A DNA stretch of 64,000 nt from Macrostomum hystrix (Eukaryota; Animalia; Platyhelminthes). Where the stretch lies: assembly GCA_950097015.1 (NCBI GenBank), contig CATNEN010000001.1, positions 26,660,001 through 26,724,000 on the forward strand. Reading direction: 5' to 3'. The translations under genes were made by a program, and so were the position numbers. The stretch's first letter is position 1. Each line of letters starts with the position of its first letter. This document shows positions 56,143-64,000 of the stretch, one piece after another. A model generated the notes under the pieces. The model had not been told where the DNA came from and did no database searches. It saw nothing but the letters and a program-made list of their open reading frames with translations.

Positions 56143-57857
56143 TCAGTGGAAGTTCCCCCCAAACAACAAGGTCAGTTGAAGTTCCCCAAACAACAAGGTC
56201 AGTGGAAGTTCCCCCAAACAACAAGGTCAGTGGAAGTTCCCCCAAACAACATGGTCAGTGGAAGTTCCCCCCCAAACAACAAGGTCAGTGGAAGTTCCCC
56301 CAAACAACAAGGTCAGTGGAAGTTCCCCCAAACAACATGGTCAGTGGAAGTTCCCCCCCAAACAACAAGGTCAGTGGAAGTTCCCCCAAAACAACATGGT
56401 CAGTTGAAGTCCCCCCCAAACAACATGGTCAGTTGAAGTTCCCCAAACAACAAGGTCAGTGGAAGTTCCCCCCAAACAACATGGTCAGTGGAAGTTCCCT
56501 ACAAACAACAAGGTCAGTGGAAATTCCCCCCAAACAGTATGATAAGTGGAAGTTCCCCCAAACCACAACAAGGTCAGTGGAAGTTCCCCCCAAACAACAT
56601 TGTCAGTGGAAGTTCCCCCACTGTCTAACTTGTCTAACTTAACACTGTCTAACTTGTCTAACTTCCTTCTCCCATCTCACACAACACGGTCAGTGGAAGT
56701 TCCCCCAAACAACAAGGTCAGTGGAAGTTCCCCCAAACAACATGGTCAGTGGAAGTTCCCCCAAACAACATGGTCAGTGGAAGTTCCCCCCCAAACAACA
56801 AGGTCAGTGGAAGTTCCCCCAAAACAACATGGTCAGTTGAAGTCCCCCCCAAACAACATGGTCAGTGGAAGTTCCCTACAAACAACAAGGTCAGTGGAAA
56901 TTCCCCCCAAACAGTATGATAAGTGGAAGTTCCCCCAAACCACAACAAGGTCAGTGGAAGTTCCCCCCAAACAACATGGTCAGTGGAAGTTCCCCCACTG
57001 TCTAACTTGTCTAACTTAACACTGTCTAACTTGTCTAACTTCCTTCTCCCATCTCACACAACACGGTCAGTGGAAGTTCCCCAAACAACATGGTCAGTGG
57101 AAGTTCCCCAAACAACAAGTTCCCCCAAAACAACATGGTCAGTGGAAGTTCCCCCCTTAAACAACATGGTCAGTGGAAGTTCCCCAAACAACATGGTCAG
57201 TGGAAGTTCCCCCCCCCAAACAACAAGGTCAGTGGAAGTTTCCCTCAAACAACAAGGTCAGTGGAAGTTTCCCAAACAACAAGGTCAGTTGAAGTTCCTC
57301 CCCAAACAGCAAGGTCAGTGGAAGTTCCCCCCAAGCAACATGGACAGTGGAAGTTCCCCCCAAAACAACATGGTCAGTGGAAGTTCCCCAAGCAACATGG
57401 TCAGTGGAAGTTCCCCCAAAACAACATGGTCAGTGGAAGTTCCCCAAGCAACATGGTCAGTGGAAGTTCCCCAAACAACAAGTTCCCCCAAAACAACATG
57501 ATCAGTGGAAGTTCCCCAAACAACATGGTCAGTGGAAGTTCCCTCCAAACAACAAGGTCAGTGGAAGTTCCCCCAAAACAACATGGTCAGTGGAAGTTCC
57601 CCCCAAGCAACAAGGTCAGTGGAAGTTCCCCCCCAAACAACAAGGTCAGTGGAAGTTCCCCAAGCAACATGGTCAGTGGAAGTTCCCCCAAACAACATGG
57701 TCAGTGCAAGTTCCCCAAACAACATTGTCAGTTGAAGTTCCCCCCAAACAACAAGGTCAGTGGAAGTTCCCCAAACAACAAGGTCAGTGGAAATTCCCCA
57801 AACAACAAGGTCAGTGGAAGTTCCCCCCAAACAACAAGGTCAGTGGAAGTTCCCAAA
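56143..57857. repeat. ~29-bp minisatellite (CAAACAACAWGGTCAGTGGAAGTTCCCC) with a 377-bp internal duplication
   Basis: Direct inspection. Confidence 0.95.
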
Positions 57858-58565
57858 CTAGCTACGAGGTGACTGGAAATTACCTAAAAATGTAAATGGA
57901 AGTAACAATATGGCTTTATAAGTTTTCTTATATTTTAATGTTGGTTTTTACCTTCAAAGTTCTGCTAAACGACAGGAAGATTGTTTGTTACCCCGTGTTT
58001 GAGCAGAAAAAAGTAGCAACACAACTTCAGTGACAAATGTTTCACAAAAATGATCTTTAATTGGCCTTCTTAGAGAAAAAAATGAAAGAAAAATCAATGA
58101 ACAGCAAGAATTGAGAGGCCTAACGAAATCTACTGGCGACCAAAGTCAAGGCAAAGAAGCCGTTTTTGCATACAAGTGTATCGCCCATAGTGGGCGAAGC
58201 AGACCGTGGGCTATTACATACGATTATTAAATAAAAGGCTTTGGAATACTTTCAATGGCTCTCGAGTCGGCCCCACTCGACTCTCGGCACCGCCTCCCGC
58301 AGTCCAGCAGCTTGAATCCCCCCTCCACGAAGATCGCCCCTCGCATGCCTTCTTCACCGGGGTCTTATTGCGGAATACTTAGACGGAAACAGGGGCAAAG
58401 TGAATTCATTTATAAATTAGATATCATGGAGAGTGGATTGCGTTGCGACAGCGACTGAAATGGTTTGCAGTGGGTTTAGATAAACCCTCGTGCTTCGGCA
58501 TTTCCTAATGCCTTCTCTCCGCAGCACTTTCCACTAACCCTCTCACCTCTTTCCTCTTCTCTCTT

Positions 58566-59092
58566 CCATCTCAGCTTTCCCATCTCAGCTCTCCCATCTC
58601 AGCTCTCCCATCTCAGCTCCCCCATCTCAGCTCCCCCATCTCAGCTCCCCATCTCAGCTCCCCCATCTCAGCTCCCCCATCTCAGCTCCCCATCTCAGCT
58701 CCCCCATCTCAGCTCCCCCATCTCAGCTCTCCCATCTCAGCTCTACTCCCTCCCCTCTGTCTAACAGGTGTTTCTCTGTCTAACAGATATTTCTCTGTCA
58801 AACAGGTGTTAAAGTGTCTAACATGTTTTCTCTGTCAAACAGGTGTTTCTCTATCTAACATGTTTTCTCTGTCTAACAGATATTTCTCTGACTAACAGGT
58901 GTTCTAGTGTCTAAAATTTTTTCTCTGTCTAACAGGTGTTAAAGTGTCTGACATGTTTTCTCTGTCTAACAGATATTTCTCTGTCTAACAGGTGTTCTAG
59001 TGTCTAACATGCTTTCTCTGTCTAACAGATATTTCTCTGTCTAACAGATATTTCTCTGTCTAACAGGTGTTATAGTGTCTAACATGTTTTCG
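58566..59092. repeat. Adjacent arrays: 13-14 bp CCCATCTCAGCTC and ~22 bp TCTCTGTCTAACAG
   Basis: Direct inspection. Confidence 0.9.
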
Positions 59093-60053
59093 ATGTGAGT
59101 ATTGCTTTTTGTCTGAATAAGTTTTCATATTACACCTGTTTTACAACATTAATCCATTTATTTGTGACAATGGATTTTTCTGGTCAAAAATCCAACCTGT
59201 GACCCTCTTTCCCTTTTTTCTTGTAGAAAGCAGAAAATTTGGCATTTTGGTAGAATGCAGTTTTCTCGAGTTCATTCATCAATCGTGAACTGCAGTCATC
59301 ATTCACCTGACCGCTAATCAGTTGGTCATTGAGTCTCGCCTTGTCACTGAAAACCCGCAGCCGCGACTGTGAAATCCATTGTGTGAAGATCGCTTGTCCT
59401 AATTAAAATGTAGTAAACTCATAAGCTCTACATACTACTTTCCAGATGGTCTGTCAGTAGTGCAGCAGGCGGTTTTCACTTTAAAGTTTAGGGTGGGTCT
59501 AAAAATAAATTTATAATCTTTGCTATTCTGACAATACAATCTTCAGCGCGGCTGAACTAAAACCTGGCTTTTCTGCGATTAGTGAATTCATCTAAGAAGC
59601 CTAACCTGTTCGCACAATAATCCTTTCAATTTGCTTTACTAGCGAAATCAGATAAGTCACCTCGCCATTGTGGTGAAGATAAAATAAGAAATTTACTTGG
59701 AAGTTCCACTGAGTCTAACTGTGCTCGCCTTAACCAGAGTGGCGTGACTGTATAAGTCAGAGACTGCTCAGAAACCTCCTCATTTCCCCGGTCTCCGATC
59801 CCCCAATCTCGAGAAATTGATCAAAAAGAGAGAGGAGAGAGGGCAGGTGAAAAGGCCCTCGTAGACGGGCATTTTGTTTAAATTGACTCGGCTCTCGAGT
59901 GGTCGAAAACATTTTCTGTCGTCTCTTTAGTTTCGTCCGTCGTACAAGGCTCAGGTTAATGATTTATGGTTAATAGCGCAGTATTTAATGAGGCCTTTAC
60001 TAACTAATTGGATTACTTAACTTTAAAGTCATCCGCCCTGACTTTCATATTGG

Positions 60054-60320
60054 CAGTGAGTGGCAGAGCACTCTAACGCGTTTGCCTCTCGCACCAAGGT
60101 CCCTGAGCTCGATTCCGCGGCGAGGCCACATTTATTTTGGGTCGCAGCCGCGGAGAGAAGGCTTGGGGGCTTGTCGTGCAATTTACGTTCTTGAGGGCCA
60201 ACCTCCAAGGCCCAGTGCGAGTGTCCACTGCCTGACGATGAGAAAGTCAGGGCAGATGTACACACCTGTGTGAGTGAGTGCTCAGGAGTCAGCGGAATGT
60301 CAGAATTGCCTCTCCCAGCT
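60054..60320 (+). mobile_element. SINE family A
   Basis: Head and body match. Confidence 0.8.
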
Positions 60321-61592
60321 GTACATGTAGCTAAAATATAATGAATCATATTTTACTTGTATGCACAATATTAAATTGAAAAGAAACGATAGAAAGATAG
60401 GTTAAGATGATTAAGACGGGCTCAAATGAGACATGACTCTTTGAGGTTAATGTGAGTCGCTAGAGACACTTTCACTTCCCTATTTTGATATCGCCAAACA
60501 TTTCCTTCAGGAAGGTGCCGAATTTCGAGTCCATCCCGCTAGGCTCGAATGGTAAGTAGCGGAAGTCGAATGTCTAGTCAGGCGGGTCCCCCGGGTGGCA
60601 TCTGCGTCGGCAGCAGCAGCAGCAGCAGCAGCAGCAGTCCCCTGAGGCGCCTACAGCCGGCAGCTGAGTGGCATGCTCAGTCAAGCGTGATTCCCGGACT
60701 GTTTCCAGGTAAGTTCTGCTTCAGGCCTTTACTCAGTAGCAAAGCTTTCTCCTGGAATGAGTCTACTGAGCAGGTGAGAGCAGTTGGGCATCTCTCACCT
60801 TGAGTAATGTGCTAAAAGGAGAAAGTTATAGATGAATGTACTTTTCGATTATAGCGAACATGGCAGAAAGACAGAAGCAGTGCTCTACCTAGCGATCTGT
60901 GTTGAGCATACCTGTGCTAAAGGCTTGAATAGTACACACAGAAAAGACACTGAGACTTTGTCCCAGTTTAGTCTAGCTTGTTTGCATTACCATTTACTGA
61001 TTCTGAAAGTTTCTAAGCCCTAAGCTCACAGTTGTAAGTCATTTCGCATAGAAGCAACTGACAAAAATATACTTTTTGCTGTATTGATATCGACATGCAA
61101 TCGGTTCTTTGTAAATTAAAATTGCATAGAACACCTCACACACAACAGGAGAGATCAAGTTGAGCCGTTGATACCCCGCCATATAGAGTCTGCAATATCC
61201 TAGACCCACATTTGAGCGTGTCTAGGCATAGTAATCACAGAGTGGGTGCGAAACGATCACTTTACTGACCTGCCAGTCGGATTTTCTTAGTCTGCCTCTC
61301 TCCCCATTGGTCAGCTTAGCCAGCCAATCAGATTGCTTCGAGCTAACGCTTTCCCTTTATGAAGCAGATATTTTCGCGTTGATTTTTGTGTGAGCTTCTG
61401 GCACCAGAAGAACAAGCACCACCGAGACCTAGGTATACCGAACACCAAATGCCAGCATGTTCTCAGAACCTGATCTTAAAGACTCACTTTGATGCACAAA
61501 ACACCTCGAAAAAATCAAATAATTACGATCAGAATTCAAGGCTAGAGTTAGTGAGCATAACAACGGCAGCGGCGTCAGTGGCGGCTGCTACT

Positions 61593-61639
<47 letters not shown>

Positions 61640-61648
61640 TCAGTCAAC

Positions 61649-62078
61649 ATGAGAACTAGAGCGCTGCTCGCGATTCTCACATGTAGTGCAATCTTCATGG
61701 CACAGGCCATCGAGAAAGGTGAGTTGCATTTAATTTTTTTATATCCGAGTACGCGCCGCACTCAAAGGACCTTCCATATGCGCCTTGACCTTTCGCGTGC
61801 CAGACGCGGAGGAAAATTTCTGACCAATTTCAGGAACCAGTTTTCGTGTCGCTCTGAAACCCCGCTGTGTATCCATCCTGCATTCTTCTCTTCCTTATCC
61901 TTGACAATGCGCCCAGATATTCTATAAATAGGCATGTTTTTCTCGCCTCACCTGCGCCCGCATCTTCCGCTACCGCCTCTTCCTTCAATTCTAATTCGTC
62001 GTCAAGCCGAATCGATGGAAGTGGAGTTCAGCTCGGCCTTCTGCCAGCAGGATGAGTTCACCTATGCCAATGATACAA
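61649..62078 (+). CDS. First two exons of an unidentified signal-peptide protein (continues downstream)
   Basis: Exon 61649-61718 MRTRALLAILTCSAIFMAQAIEK (G|GTGAGT) and phase-compatible exon 61932-62078 (A|GTGAGA). CCAAT boxes at ~61305-61330 and a CAG tract in the putative 5'UTR. Confidence 0.55.
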
Positions 62079-62425
62079 GTGAGAAACCCTGCTCAACAAG
62101 GCCTCCCATAGGGCTGGGATACAATTTATGGGTGTGGTTGAGCTGTTCGCAATGGTGTTAATTTAGGTCATGCGACTGTTTTAGCTGCAAGTTAAACTAA
62201 AATCCTCAAATTTACTGCCGGAGACATTATGAAGCTAATTCGTTAGAGACACGATAAACTGGTGCTAATACTGGGTGCTGTAAGCTTTTCTGTAAAGGGA
62301 AGCATTCGCAGTCTAACAGGAAGAATCCCAGTCTAACAGGAAGCATTCGCAGTCTAACAGGAAGCATTCGCAGTCTAACAGGAAGCATCCCACAGGAGCA
62401 AGTTATGCAATGAAAATAGTAATTT

Positions 62426-62945
62426 AAGGATAGTGGGATAACAGGGAACACACTGAAGGATAGTGGGATAACAGGGAACACACTGAAGGATAGTGGGATA
62501 ACAGGGAACACACTGAAGGATAGTGGGATAACAGGGAACACACTGAAGGATAGTGGGATAACAGGGAACACACTGAAGGATAGTGGGATAACAGGGAACA
62601 CACTGAAGGATAGTGGGATAACAGGGAACACACTGAAGGATAGTGGGATAACAGGGAACACACTGAAGGATAGTGGGATAACGGGGAACACACTGAAGGA
62701 TAGTGGGATAACAAGGAACACACAGAAGGATAGTGGGATAACGGGGAACACACTGAAGGATAGTGGGATAACAGGGAACACACTGAAGGATAGTGGGATA
62801 ACGGGGAACACACTGAAGGATAGTGGGATAACGGGGAACACACTGAAGGACAGTGGGATAACGGGAAACACACAGAAGGATAGTGGGATAACAGGGAACA
62901 CACAGAAGGATAGTGGGATAACAGGGAACACACTGAAGTATAGTG
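62426..62945. repeat. 30-bp minisatellite (AAGGATAGTGGGATAACAGGGAACACACTG)
   Basis: About 17 units. Confidence 0.96.
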
Positions 62946-63561
62946 TCTATGCCCATTGCATGCCATCCCAATGTGTGTGTTGATATGTTGATAAATAACT
63001 TTGCCCGCCTGCGCCTAATTGTTGGCGGATTCTGGACTGGGATCATGCGATAGAGAAATCTACGAGTGCGCGAATTGCACTGCAGCAATTAGAATGCGGG
63101 CACCTTCGCCACGTTCCAGGCGGAGGTAGGGAACAGGGAGAAGAGACGGACTTGCCGGTCAGGGAGAAGGCGGCCCCATCCGCACAGATTTCATTGCGAC
63201 CTGCGCACAACACAATAATATTGGACTCGTTAGAGAGGCCTGTGGAGGCGGGCGCACACACACATACACAGTAACCGGGCCAGAAGCTAAATTCCATTCA
63301 CGTATAAATCCTCAAAATACGAGCTAGCTGTAAAAACGCAGTCCTGTAAGCTAAAATGCCAGGTAAAGGATAAAACCAGTGGCGGAACGGAATAAGAAGC
63401 AGCAAAAGATGAAGCAGAAAGTGCAACCGACAGATCGGAAACTGCGGAACAATTTGACCCACTCCAAGCAGCTAAAGCTTGCAGATGAGGCATGCCGTGT
63501 GACTGCACAACCTGCAGCAGCGGCCTCAGGTGATCTGAGAATAATACCGCCTTCCTGATCC

Positions 63562-63716
<155 letters not shown>

Positions 63717-64000
63717 GTTTTAAGCCAGGAAAGACTGTTCAGCTAACAGCCATGTGTTTGCGAAGCAAAAAAGGTCACTACGAGCAGTATTGCGTTTTTT
63801 TCAAATCCCATAGCTTTTTTGGCGAAATACCTCATTGAACGCGATTCTACTACCAAAGTTAAAAATTTTGAAAGTTTTTCGAAAATGTGACTTTTTACTG
63901 GCTTGCTATTCGAGTGCTTTGTCAGCAACAGGTGCAGCCAGGTGAAAGTAAACTGCATGGAATAAAGACGGCTTTTTGTTGCGAACAGAACGCTTTAGGC

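Noticed and set aside
63043-63540. Coding-like GC-balanced segment near the window end
   Set aside because: No recognisable motif or convincing splice pair.

Overview
Eukaryotic (animal) genomic DNA with spliceosomal introns, dense minisatellites and transposons. The repeat style resembles a free-living flatworm such as Macrostomum, but that is an unverified inference. Four complete multi-exon genes were reconstructed by hand: an 18-exon Scribble/LAP gene (LRR + 4 PDZ, minus strand, 629-29881, ~1468 aa); a divergently transcribed, secreted, bacterial-type sphingomyelinase-C-like phosphodiesterase (31638-34031); a WCPPC nucleoredoxin/tryparedoxin-like oxidoreductase (35121-35622); and a GT14 core-2/I-branching GlcNAc transferase (41754-44314). 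The first two exons of a fifth, signal-peptide gene start at 61649. Mobile DNA comprises an intact PHD-FLYWCH-MULE transposon (8-bp TSD) nested in a related MITE in scrib intron 1, a decayed Crypton-like tyrosine recombinase, a LINE RT fragment, two tRNA-derived SINE families and about 25 tandem arrays. Most long ORFs in the supplied track are repeat artefacts.
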